A stretch of DNA of 64,000 nt from a virus, in the IMG/VR virus record IMGVR_UViG_3300050020_000061; one strand, written 5' to 3'. The position numbers were made by a program, and so were the translations under genes. Below, piece by piece: positions 25,700-33,425 of the stretch (position 1 is its first letter; each line of letters begins with the position of its first letter). The notes under the pieces were generated by a model, which ran no database searches, was not told the origin of the DNA, and saw nothing but the letters and a program-made list of their open reading frames with translations.

Positions 25700-26466
25700 G
25701 ACCCGTCGTCTTCTCAGCCTCGTCCGTCAACACGTACCAGACGTGCCACCTCCAGTGGTACTTCGAGTACGTGCTGGTGGATCCGGGCATCGTCTCCGAG
25801 CCCCAGATCGTGGGGCAGGAGGTCCACGACTACGCCGAGAACCGCCTCCACTGGAAGCGGGATCGCGGCTGGCCCAACCTTCAGGGGCGAGCTACCAAGC
25901 CTGAGGTCGGCCTGCTCTACGACGTCTTCGACCGCGACATCCTGCCCACCTACCGGGATGCGGTGCTGATCGAGGCACCCTTCCAGATCGAGGTCGACGG
26001 GATCCCGTTCAGCGGCGTGATCGACAGCGTCGACCGTCAGGACATCCCCCCGGTGCCCGAGGTCGACTGGGACGGCGAGGGGCGGGCCCTGATCGGGCCA
26101 CCGATGCCCGCCTTCGCCAACATCCTGCGCGACCTGAAGACCACCGGGAAGCGTCCCCGCCGGGGGAAGTACTGGTTCGCCATGATCGGGTACTTCCTCG
26201 GGGCTCGAGACCTCGGCTTCGAGATCGACGCGATCCAGCTCGACTACATCGTCCGCACCCAGCACCCGTACTACTGGCCCGAGGTGATCCCGGTGCCAGA
26301 CATGGGCGAGATCGCAACGTGGGCTGGACAGCTTCACGCCGTCGCAGGAGGCGTGGAGAGGGCCGATTACGAGCCCACTGGACTGGGAACCTACGTCTGC
26401 AAGTTCTGCCCCTACAGGAACATCTGCGGGCCTCTCTTGCGATATAATGCTGCCCTAGACAAATAG
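25696..26466 (+). CDS. Cas4/RecB-family PD-(D/E)XK exonuclease with a 4-Cys cluster
   Basis: N-terminal Cys (YQTCHLQWYFEY), IDSVD ... LRDLKT (D ... D/E-x-K), C-terminal CKFCPYRNIC. The last about 10 codons switch to AT-rich codons (ttg cga tat aat gct gcc cta gac aaa tag). Confidence 0.75.
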   Translation: MRPVVFSASSVNTYQTCHLQWYFEYVLVDPGIVSEPQIVGQEVHDYAENRLHWKRDRGWPNLQGRATKPEVGLLYDVFDRDILPTYRDAVLIEAPFQIEVDGIPFSGVIDSVDRQDIPPVPEVDWDGEGRALIGPPMPAFANILRDLKTTGKRPRRGKYWFAMIGYFLGARDLGFEIDAIQLDYIVRTQHPYYWPEVIPVPDMGEIATWAGQLHAVAGGVERADYEPTGLGTYVCKFCPYRNICGPLLRYNAALDK

Positions 26467-26478
26467 CATGAGGACAGC

Positions 26479-27030
26479 ATGTCGAAACAGCCTTCAGCCA
26501 AGGAACGCCTCTGGCGGAAGCAACACCCAGAAGAGTGGGCCGAGGAGAAGCACCGCCGCCATCTCGAATACCAACATCGTTGGCGAGCGGCCCATCCCGA
26601 GAAAGTCGCTCTCTGGAATGAGCAGAACACTCTCTGGAGGAAGAACAACAGAGACCACGTCAACCGTCGGGCTCGTGAGTACGTTGCGAGCCACCCAGAG
26701 CAGGCCAAGGCCACTCAACGGCGGTTCAAGGCCAAGCACCCTGATGCGTTCCGCCTCTACAACCTCAAACGGAAAGTCGAGATGGTCGACTCCTATGGAG
26801 GCAAGTGTGCCTGCTGCGGGGAGACCGAGATCGCCTTCCTCTCGCTCGACCACGCCAACGGAGGCGGTACGCAACATCGACTCCGAATGGGCCAGAACAA
26901 GATGATGGCCGAGCTGCGGGCGGCGGGATGGCCGAAAGACGGCTACAGGATCCTGTGCATGAACTGTCAGTTCGGAACCCGATACGGACACGAATGTCCA
27001 CACACGCGCTTCAAGGAGGCCACCGAATGA
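26479..27030 (+). CDS. HNH-type homing endonuclease
   Basis: GGKCACCGETEIAFLSLDHANGGG...ILCMNCQFGTRYGHECPH. Preceded by TATAAT (26443-26448) and GAGGA. Inserted between the exonuclease and ERF genes. Confidence 0.7.
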   Translation: MSKQPSAKERLWRKQHPEEWAEEKHRRHLEYQHRWRAAHPEKVALWNEQNTLWRKNNRDHVNRRAREYVASHPEQAKATQRRFKAKHPDAFRLYNLKRKVEMVDSYGGKCACCGETEIAFLSLDHANGGGTQHRLRMGQNKMMAELRAAGWPKDGYRILCMNCQFGTRYGHECPHTRFKEATE

Positions 27031-27425
27031 GCCGCGAGAGGGAGATGGATCAGGCGCTCCGCTCCGACGAACCGGGGAGCCGACGGTTCCGCGACCTGAT
27101 CGCCCGCGAGCGGAGCGACATGGCGTGGCTCGTCCATGTCGTGGCGTCCATGTACGACGAGATCAGCGGGGGTCGAGTCTCGATCCCGATGACCTACCCG
27201 CACGAGGTCATCACGGCCTTTGACGAACGCATGGAGGAGGGAGCCGACGAAGCTGTGGGCGAAGAGCGGCTGCGGGCCACGGAAGCCGTGCAGAGTCTGG
27301 CCGAGAAGCTGGGCCGTCGATACCAGTCAGCGGGGCAGGACTGGCCGACGGCACCAAAGTACGTCCCCGTCGACGCCGTCATCGCCATCATCAACGACAA
27401 GGAGGTCACCAGTGCCGACAGCTAA
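27027..27425 (+). CDS. hypothetical protein (132 aa)
   Basis: ATG 27027 in an ATGA overlap. Confidence 0.55.
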   Translation: MSREREMDQALRSDEPGSRRFRDLIARERSDMAWLVHVVASMYDEISGGRVSIPMTYPHEVITAFDERMEEGADEAVGEERLRATEAVQSLAEKLGRRYQSAGQDWPTAPKYVPVDAVIAIINDKEVTSADS

Positions 27426-28329
27426 GACCGCAACGCCAGCCGAGGAGCCGAAGGAAGAGGCGGCGGAAGCTCCCGAGGAGCCGAAGTACGTCCCCACCAA
27501 CCTCCCGGCCAAGCTCGCCTACATCACGGGCAAGATGGCCGGAGTCCCGAAGGCGGGCTTCAACACCAACCAGAAGTACAAGTTCGTCCGCGAGAGCGAC
27601 GTAGCCGAGAAGCTCTCTGCCCTGCTCGCAGAGCAGCACGTCTTCCTCAAGCAGACGGTCCTCAACCACTCGATGACCGAGCTGTACAAGACCTCCAGCG
27701 GCAGCCTGATGTGGTTGACCGAGGTCGAAGTCGAGTTCACGTGGATGGATGGCGACACGGGCGAGGTACTGGGCCCCGTCGTCTTCCCGGGCCACGGTGC
27801 CGACACCGGGGACAAGGGCATCTACAAGGCCATGACCGGGGCGGAGAAGTACTTCATCATGAAGACCTTCCTCGTCTCCACCGGGGATGACCCGGAGGCC
27901 GACGAGAGGGTCGACAAGGCGTCTGCGGCAGCCGGTGCGGCCACTGGCACCCGCGTGGTGCGCGGCAACGTCGCGGGAGCCCAGCGTGGCGGCAAGAGCG
28001 AGACCGTCACCGACGCTCAGGTCAAGGAGATGTCCCGCCTGACCAAGGAAGCTGGCCTCGACGCCACGACGATCATCCCGGTGATCAAGAAGGTGCTGGG
28101 CAAGGCCCCTGCGGGTCCGACCGAGGTCCGCGCCTTCCTGCTGGGTCTTTCGTCCGAGGATGGCGGCAAGCTGATCGCGGTCCTCGCGAGCGGCTTCGCG
28201 GCCGACATCGAGACCGAAGGGGCACCCGTGGCGGCCGATGACACGGCCGAACTGGACGAGGAGACGCAGGCCAGCACCGTCGAGGAGCTGGACGAGCGGG
28301 GCGAGCCAGACGGGTTCTCGCTGGTCTAG
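27412..28329 (+). CDS. erf: ERF-family single-strand annealing protein
   Basis: GTG 27412 after AAGGAGGTCACCA. KLAYITGKMAGVPKAGFNTNQKYKFVRESDVAEKLSALLAEQHVFL is typical of the ERF core. Acidic C-terminal tail. Confidence 0.7.
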   Translation: MPTAKTATPAEEPKEEAAEAPEEPKYVPTNLPAKLAYITGKMAGVPKAGFNTNQKYKFVRESDVAEKLSALLAEQHVFLKQTVLNHSMTELYKTSSGSLMWLTEVEVEFTWMDGDTGEVLGPVVFPGHGADTGDKGIYKAMTGAEKYFIMKTFLVSTGDDPEADERVDKASAAAGAATGTRVVRGNVAGAQRGGKSETVTDAQVKEMSRLTKEAGLDATTIIPVIKKVLGKAPAGPTEVRAFLLGLSSEDGGKLIAVLASGFAADIETEGAPVAADDTAELDEETQASTVEELDERGEPDGFSLV

Positions 28330-28466
28330 ACTGTCCCCGGAGGTCAACCCCGTGGGGTCGGGACAAGATCCGTAGCGGACGTTGATCTCCACCATGGCGG
28401 GACGGTGCTGGGCGACCGACACCGTTCCACCCGTCCCGCCGCCCTCCTTTCAGTGTCGGAGGAGCC

Positions 28467-29417
28467 ATGCCATACGACCAGCGTCAGGTCGTCTCCGTCT
28501 ACCTCAACACCTTCGCCAACCGCACCGACGTCTACAGTCGCTGGACCCCTGAGGTAAGCGGCTGGAGACCCGTCAGGGAGCCCCTGACGCCCGACGTCGT
28601 GATCGCTGGCCTGATGGGCACCGGACCCAGCATCAGCGCCTACATGATTGCTCCGGGCTCTCTGGCTCACTGCCTCGCCATCGACTTCGACACGGACAAC
28701 GGCCTCGAGCAGGCGTTCGTGTTGGGCAAGACGATGTGGAGGCTGGATTTACCGGCCTACGTGGAGACATCTCGTCGAGGTTCCCACCTGTGGTGCGTCA
28801 TCAGCTCGACGTTGAAAGCCTCCACCGTCCGCAAGGCAGCCCGTGCCCTTCTGGGTGCGGCCCTGCTGCCCACCGACGACCCGCACATCGAGATCCGCCC
28901 CGGCTCTGACCACGTCGATGCCGAGGATCACCTCCACGTGGCTGGAGCAGTGGTCGGTGAGGGTCTGGGCCATGCCCTTCGGATGCCGATGATGCCCCAC
29001 CCCAAGACAGGCAAGCGCGGCGTCATGCAAGACCCACGTACACAGACGCCCATGGGCCCCAGCCTCGGCCAGATCATGCTCGACATCGAGCACGCCCCGT
29101 CTCACCTGATCCTGAAGTGGGCTGATCGCTGGAACCCCGCAGTCGAGCGCATCGACTCATCCCACCGCACCCCCAAGCCGCCGCGAGAGGAGGACCATGC
29201 TTCAGCCTGCGAGCTGCTCAGTACCCTCTGGGGCGTGGTCGAACCCATCCCCGGTCGCAACAGCCACTGCCCTGTGCATGGACGCGACCGAAACCCGTCC
29301 CTCACCGTCATGAAGGACGACAAGCGCGTCATCTGCCGCGTCCCCGGCTGCATCCTGAACAACGACGACAAGGGTCGAGGGACGTGGGAGCTGAGAACCA
29401 TGGCCCCTCATGGCTGA
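28467..29417 (+). CDS. AEP-type primase/polymerase with C-terminal CHC2-like zinc finger
   Basis: ATG after GGAGGAGCC. LAIDFDTD (DxD), SRRGSHLWC (sGxGxH-type motif), HCPVHGRDRNPSLTV...CRVPGC. Confidence 0.7.
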   Translation: MPYDQRQVVSVYLNTFANRTDVYSRWTPEVSGWRPVREPLTPDVVIAGLMGTGPSISAYMIAPGSLAHCLAIDFDTDNGLEQAFVLGKTMWRLDLPAYVETSRRGSHLWCVISSTLKASTVRKAARALLGAALLPTDDPHIEIRPGSDHVDAEDHLHVAGAVVGEGLGHALRMPMMPHPKTGKRGVMQDPRTQTPMGPSLGQIMLDIEHAPSHLILKWADRWNPAVERIDSSHRTPKPPREEDHASACELLSTLWGVVEPIPGRNSHCPVHGRDRNPSLTVMKDDKRVICRVPGCILNNDDKGRGTWELRTMAPHG

Positions 29418-30744
29418 AGAGGAGCCCCGCTGGCGCTTTGAACGGCTGGGCATGACCTACCACTGCTGGTCAGACAGCATCCAGACCCACTTTCGACTGT
29501 CCCACGTAAAGCGGTCCCGCGACTCACTGTCGGGGATCCTCAAGGTGAGCACCAACCTCGTCGGCGTGAAGACGGTCAACGGCGTCCTGCACGCCGCCAA
29601 CTTCAACGTCCTCTCCACCAGCACCCGCACGGCGCTCTCCAACGCACTGGAGAAGCGCACCCCCGGCCACGACATGGACTGGTTCGACGGTCTCGAGTGG
29701 TTGTGCCAGCACGTGATCATCTCGGAGGAGCAGGGCGAGATCGTGGACGAGGTGGGACTGGATGCACCGACCCCGCAACACGACCGCTGGTGCATCGAGC
29801 CGCTGATCATGAAGGGCCGTCCAGCCCTGCTATTCGGACCCGGTGGCGTAGGCAAGAGCCTGATCGCCCTGACGTGCGGCCTGTCGGTCGCCTACGGACT
29901 GGAGATCATCCCCGGCATGCCGCCCGCCATGAAGGGCCCGATCCTGTACCTCGACTGGGAGACCACGAAGGACGTCATCAACGACCGGATCCAGAACATC
30001 GCCGCCGGTCACAAGTTCACCCCGGTCCCCAAGTCGGTCTACTACCGGCGCTGCGTCAGGCCTCTGGCGAACGATGCCGAGGAGCTGAGTGCTCTGGTCG
30101 CAGACAAGGGGATCGTGTTGGTTATCGTCGACAGCTCGGCGTATGCCATGGGGGCTCAGGGCGAATACGGTGACGCCAACGAGTCGATCCTCCGCATGCA
30201 CGAGGGCCTCCGCATCATCGGTGTGACCTCCCTGCTGGTCGACCACGTCAACAAGACCGACGCCAAGAGCAAGGGCGGCGCGGCCACCCCATACGGCTCC
30301 GCCTACAAGACCAACGCGGCTCGCGTGAGCTGGGAGGTCCGCAAGGAGGCGTCGGCCGAGGGTCTCCGCATCAGCCTGTACCACGCCAAGAGCAATGACA
30401 CCGCCCTCCTGCCGCCCATCGGCATCGCTCTCGACTGGACGTACGACTCCATCATGTTCCGCAAGGTCGCGGTCGAGACGGAGAACGCGGAGCCGGTCGA
30501 GGATCGCAGCCTCCTCACCCTGATGATCGAGCTGACAGACGAGGTCATCGAGGTCGAGACAGCCCGCCTGTTCCCCCAGCTCGAGAGTCAGGGATACAAG
30601 CGCGACACGGTGAGGACCACGTTCTACCGCGCCGTCGACAACGGGGTCTTCCTGAAGACCGAGCGCCGAGGCGTCTACCGCAGGGCCACCCGGCCCGTGA
30701 AGATGCCTGCTCTGCCGAAGGTTTCACCCGGTCTCTTCGACTGA
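29410..30744 (+). CDS. RecA-fold (DnaB/RepA-like, AAA_25-type) replicative helicase
   Basis: Walker A LLFGPGGVGKS, Walker B GIVLVIVDSS, SLLVDHVNK. Directly downstream of the primase, overlapping it by 8 nt. Confidence 0.7.
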   Translation: MAEEEPRWRFERLGMTYHCWSDSIQTHFRLSHVKRSRDSLSGILKVSTNLVGVKTVNGVLHAANFNVLSTSTRTALSNALEKRTPGHDMDWFDGLEWLCQHVIISEEQGEIVDEVGLDAPTPQHDRWCIEPLIMKGRPALLFGPGGVGKSLIALTCGLSVAYGLEIIPGMPPAMKGPILYLDWETTKDVINDRIQNIAAGHKFTPVPKSVYYRRCVRPLANDAEELSALVADKGIVLVIVDSSAYAMGAQGEYGDANESILRMHEGLRIIGVTSLLVDHVNKTDAKSKGGAATPYGSAYKTNAARVSWEVRKEASAEGLRISLYHAKSNDTALLPPIGIALDWTYDSIMFRKVAVETENAEPVEDRSLLTLMIELTDEVIEVETARLFPQLESQGYKRDTVRTTFYRAVDNGVFLKTERRGVYRRATRPVKMPALPKVSPGLFD

Positions 30745-30807
30745 TGTGTACATGTCCACAAGTGAGATGTTTCAGTACACAACTGGCCCACTTGGGAGAT
30801 GTATACA

Positions 30808-30836
30808 AACACCCCGTTTCTTTAGAAACGGGTGTT
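30808..30836 (+). terminator. stem-loop after the helicase gene (one bulged C; no U-tract)
   Basis: AACACCCCGTTTC-ttta-GAAACGGGTGTT. Confidence 0.4.
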
Positions 30837-30873
30837 GTACACATCCACAAGGCCCGAGTGGAGGGAGTTTGAA

Positions 30874-31347
30874 ATGAAGGAGAGGATCGCTCCTTCGACC
30901 AGAGACGAAGTCCTGAGGCGGGACGGGTTCCGGTGTCAGGCTCCGATCCTCGACCCCGGTGCTGGTCCGTGCCGCGATGCCTTCGGCAGCGTCCTCGTCG
31001 GAGCCCGCTTCTGGCGGGACCCCGGCCCGCTGTACCTGCAGATGTCCCACACCAAGCCACGCGGCGAGCTGTCGATGCAGAAGAAGGCAACGTCCATCCC
31101 CGCCCACCTCATCACGCTCTGCCCCGGTCATCACACCGGGACGGAGGCAGGATCCAACTGGGAGGCAGTCCACAGGGAGGTGATCCGCGACCATCTGGAG
31201 AGTCTTACAATGTTGGCAACATTGAGCCACGAGCACCGTGTCCGCGAGGATCTCGAACGGGGCGGCGCGATGGATGCGTCGTGCCTCGACTGCGGCAAGG
31301 AGGTCTGGCGCTCGGGGTTCGGGCTGCTCGGACCATGGCGAACGTAG
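30874..31347 (+). CDS. HNH endonuclease
   Basis: I trimmed the start to ATG 30874 after GGAGGGAG. STRDEVLRRDGFRCQ ... HLITLCPGHHTG. Confidence 0.65.
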   Translation: MKERIAPSTRDEVLRRDGFRCQAPILDPGAGPCRDAFGSVLVGARFWRDPGPLYLQMSHTKPRGELSMQKKATSIPAHLITLCPGHHTGTEAGSNWEAVHREVIRDHLESLTMLATLSHEHRVREDLERGGAMDASCLDCGKEVWRSGFGLLGPWRT

Positions 31348-31357
31348 AGGAGACCAG

Positions 31358-31927
31358 ATGACAAACGTGTTCCTGTTGGGTCGCAAGCTACCGGCTGGCG
31401 ATTTCGAGGGCGACGACTTCACCCCCGGCGCTACGGGCTGGGTCACCTGCACTGACACCGCCCTCGGCAGGATGATCGCCTACGCAACTAACGGGAGAGT
31501 GGACAGGGACGGCAGGGTCTACAGAGCAGCGGTCCACCCTCACGACGTCGACGGCATCACCCTCGCGCAGGCGGCGGTCGCGTCCATGGCCGTCGCCGGT
31601 CTCCAGCTCACCCGTCCCATGTGGCACTGGGACGACGTCCTGAAGTGGTTGACGGCCCGCAACGGCCTCATCGTGCAGGGCTGGTACGGGGACATCCCCC
31701 GCGACTATCGCTACCAGAAGGACCCCTCGAACTTCGGCCACGCGATGTGGATCTCGCACTTCTCCTCGACCAGTGGCATGCGGGTCTGGGATCCGTTGGA
31801 TGCCAACACCACCCACCACGGCCAGTGGATCCCCGCGAAGTACATCCGCGCCTACATGGAGCATCTCCAGCAGCAGCAGGGCTCAGGCGTCCTGTTCTGT
31901 GGCTACGTGCCACTCCAGAAGCTGTGA
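31358..31927 (+). CDS. hypothetical protein, possible papain-fold Cys peptidase/amidase
   Basis: I trimmed the start to ATG 31358. Candidate Cys (WVTCTDTALG), His (FGHAMWISH) and Asp (VWDPLD) are in the order expected for NlpC/P60- or C39-like folds. Weak call. Confidence 0.3.
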   Translation: MTNVFLLGRKLPAGDFEGDDFTPGATGWVTCTDTALGRMIAYATNGRVDRDGRVYRAAVHPHDVDGITLAQAAVASMAVAGLQLTRPMWHWDDVLKWLTARNGLIVQGWYGDIPRDYRYQKDPSNFGHAMWISHFSSTSGMRVWDPLDANTTHHGQWIPAKYIRAYMEHLQQQQGSGVLFCGYVPLQKL

Positions 31928-32253
31928 GCGGAAACGCTCGCTTCCTCGAGCTGCTCGAGGAGGTCAAGGCTGTTCATGTTGGGAAGGCGGCGGGCTACGC
32001 CGGATCTGAGAACCCCGACACGTGGACCAACTTCCGTGAGGCCCTCGCGTGGGGCTCGACCCCGCTGCAGGGCTGCCTCATCCGCATGGGCGACAAGTAC
32101 CGTCGGGTCCAGAACCTGCGCCGCAACCCGGCCAACGATCAGGTCGGCGAGTCGATCAAGGACACCCTGATGGGCCTCGCCAACTATGCGATAATAAGCG
32201 TATGCTTGCTAGAGGAAGAGGAGCTTGAGCGCCAAGGGGGAGCCAAGGGCTAA
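31924..32253 (+). CDS. DUF1599-like (nucleotide-modification-associated) protein; its 3' end was replaced by the Endo VII cassette
   Basis: GTG 31924 in a GTGA overlap. KAAGYAGSENPDTWTNF...IRMGDKYRRVQNL...ESIKDTLMGLANYA resembles DUF1599. The last codons are AT-rich (ata ata agc gta tgc ttg cta). Confidence 0.45.
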   Translation: MSGNARFLELLEEVKAVHVGKAAGYAGSENPDTWTNFREALAWGSTPLQGCLIRMGDKYRRVQNLRRNPANDQVGESIKDTLMGLANYAIISVCLLEEEELERQGGAKG

Positions 32254-32713
32254 GCCCCTGTGCGAGCACGGCCTGCTTCGTACCTACTGCCGAGATTGCC
32301 AGAATGCCTACGCGAGAGCGTACGGCGCTAGATACCCGGAGCGGCGCAGGCAAATCTCGCGTGACGCGAAGGCGCGTCTCCGTGCGACCCCGGAGGGTCG
32401 AGAGGTACTGCGGGCTACTCATCGTCGTTGGTGGCACAAGAGAGGCAGTTACGCACGGTACGGATTGACAGACGCTGGCTTCAAGCAGTTGCTGGAGGCC
32501 CAAGACGGTCGGTGCGCTATCTGCCGCGTGCCGTTCGAGGAAGAGCGTGTTCGGATCCACATCGACCACGACCCGAAGGAGGTCAGGGTGGGCTGGCGTC
32601 TCGCTACCAAGCCCAGAGGGCTGTTGTGCTTCAGTTGCAATGTCGGGCTGGGCAAGTTCGGGGACGACCCCGAGCGACTGGCCCGCGCTATCGAGTACCT
32701 GCGCGAGCCGCCC
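32185..32713 (+). mobile_element. Endo VII homing-endonuclease cassette inserted in the 3' end of the DUF1599-like gene (529-nt offset between duplicated target copies)
   Basis: YAIISVCLLEEE (32185-32220, AT-rich codons) is repeated as YALIAVCLLEEE (32714-32749, GC-rich codons). The downstream RusA start is coupled to the second copy's stop. Confidence 0.6.
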
Positions 32714-32761
32714 TACGCCCTCATCGCGGTCTGCCTGCTGGAGGAAGAGCAGGCACAGTGA
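32225..32761 (+). CDS. Endonuclease VII-family homing endonuclease, fused in frame to the relic 3' end of the DUF1599-like gene
   Basis: TTG 32225 after GAGGAG. DGRCAICRVPFEEERVRIHIDHDPKEVRVGWRLATKPRGLLCFSCNVGLGKFGDD. Confidence 0.75.
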   Translation: MSAKGEPRAKPLCEHGLLRTYCRDCQNAYARAYGARYPERRRQISRDAKARLRATPEGREVLRATHRRWWHKRGSYARYGLTDAGFKQLLEAQDGRCAICRVPFEEERVRIHIDHDPKEVRVGWRLATKPRGLLCFSCNVGLGKFGDDPERLARAIEYLREPPYALIAVCLLEEEQAQ

Positions 32762-33129
32762 GCTGGACCGTCGTCATCCCCGGCCAGCCCGTCAGTGGGA
32801 ACCACGCCAACAAGATCGGGCGCGGCTACCGGGCGGGAGGGATCAGCTTCCCGAAGATGGTGAAGACGCCCGAGGCCGAGGCGTACATGCAGGGCGCGGC
32901 GATGCTGACGAGGCTCGCCCGCCCATCCGGCTGGAAGTGGAACGGGGGGCAGGTGGTCTGCGAGTACCGCTTCTACCTGACCCACGACATCGACTGCACC
33001 AACATGTTCAAGGTCATCGAGGACAGCATCTTTCCGGCACTGGGCATCGACGACAAGTGGGCCCTGCCGCGAGCCATGAGCAAGGAGTTGGTGAAGACCA
33101 ACCCTCGCGTGGAGGTGACAATCGCGTGA
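32758..33129 (+). CDS. rusA: RusA-family Holliday junction resolvase
   Basis: GTG 32758 in a GTGA overlap. VVIPGQPVSGNHANK ... DIDCTNMFKVIEDSIFPALGIDDKW (the D-x-DN-x-K-x-i-x-D pattern). Confidence 0.7.
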   Translation: MSWTVVIPGQPVSGNHANKIGRGYRAGGISFPKMVKTPEAEAYMQGAAMLTRLARPSGWKWNGGQVVCEYRFYLTHDIDCTNMFKVIEDSIFPALGIDDKWALPRAMSKELVKTNPRVEVTIA

Positions 33130-33425
33130 GCAAGGACTACCGCGACATCCAAACGAAGTACGAAGAATGGAGAGCCACGCACGACGGTCATGTGGTCTAC
33201 GACGCCGTCCGCGATGCCGCTCTCCGCATCCGTGATCGTGGCTTCAGCCACTACGGGATCGCAGCTCTCTGGGAGGCGGCGAGGTACACCTACTGGCTCA
33301 AGGTGGGTCCAGATGCCGAGGGCTGGAAGGTCAACAACAACTGGCGCAGCAGGATGGCCCGCGAGCTGATGCTGAAGGAGCCCGAGCTGAAGGATTTCTT
33401 CGAGCTTCGCGAGCTTCGGGCATGA
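33126..33425 (+). CDS. hypothetical protein (99 aa)
   Basis: GTG 33126 in a GTGA overlap. Confidence 0.5.
   Translation: MSKDYRDIQTKYEEWRATHDGHVVYDAVRDAALRIRDRGFSHYGIAALWEAARYTYWLKVGPDAEGWKVNNNWRSRMARELMLKEPELKDFFELRELRA

Noticed and set aside
31955-31975. GAGGAGGTCAAGG at about 31957 as a gene start. The same applies to similar internal GGAGGTC strings at about 24863 and about 32577.
   Set aside because: They lie inside well-supported ORFs, where they encode LEEVK, LEEVK and KEVR, and no independent downstream frame opens.
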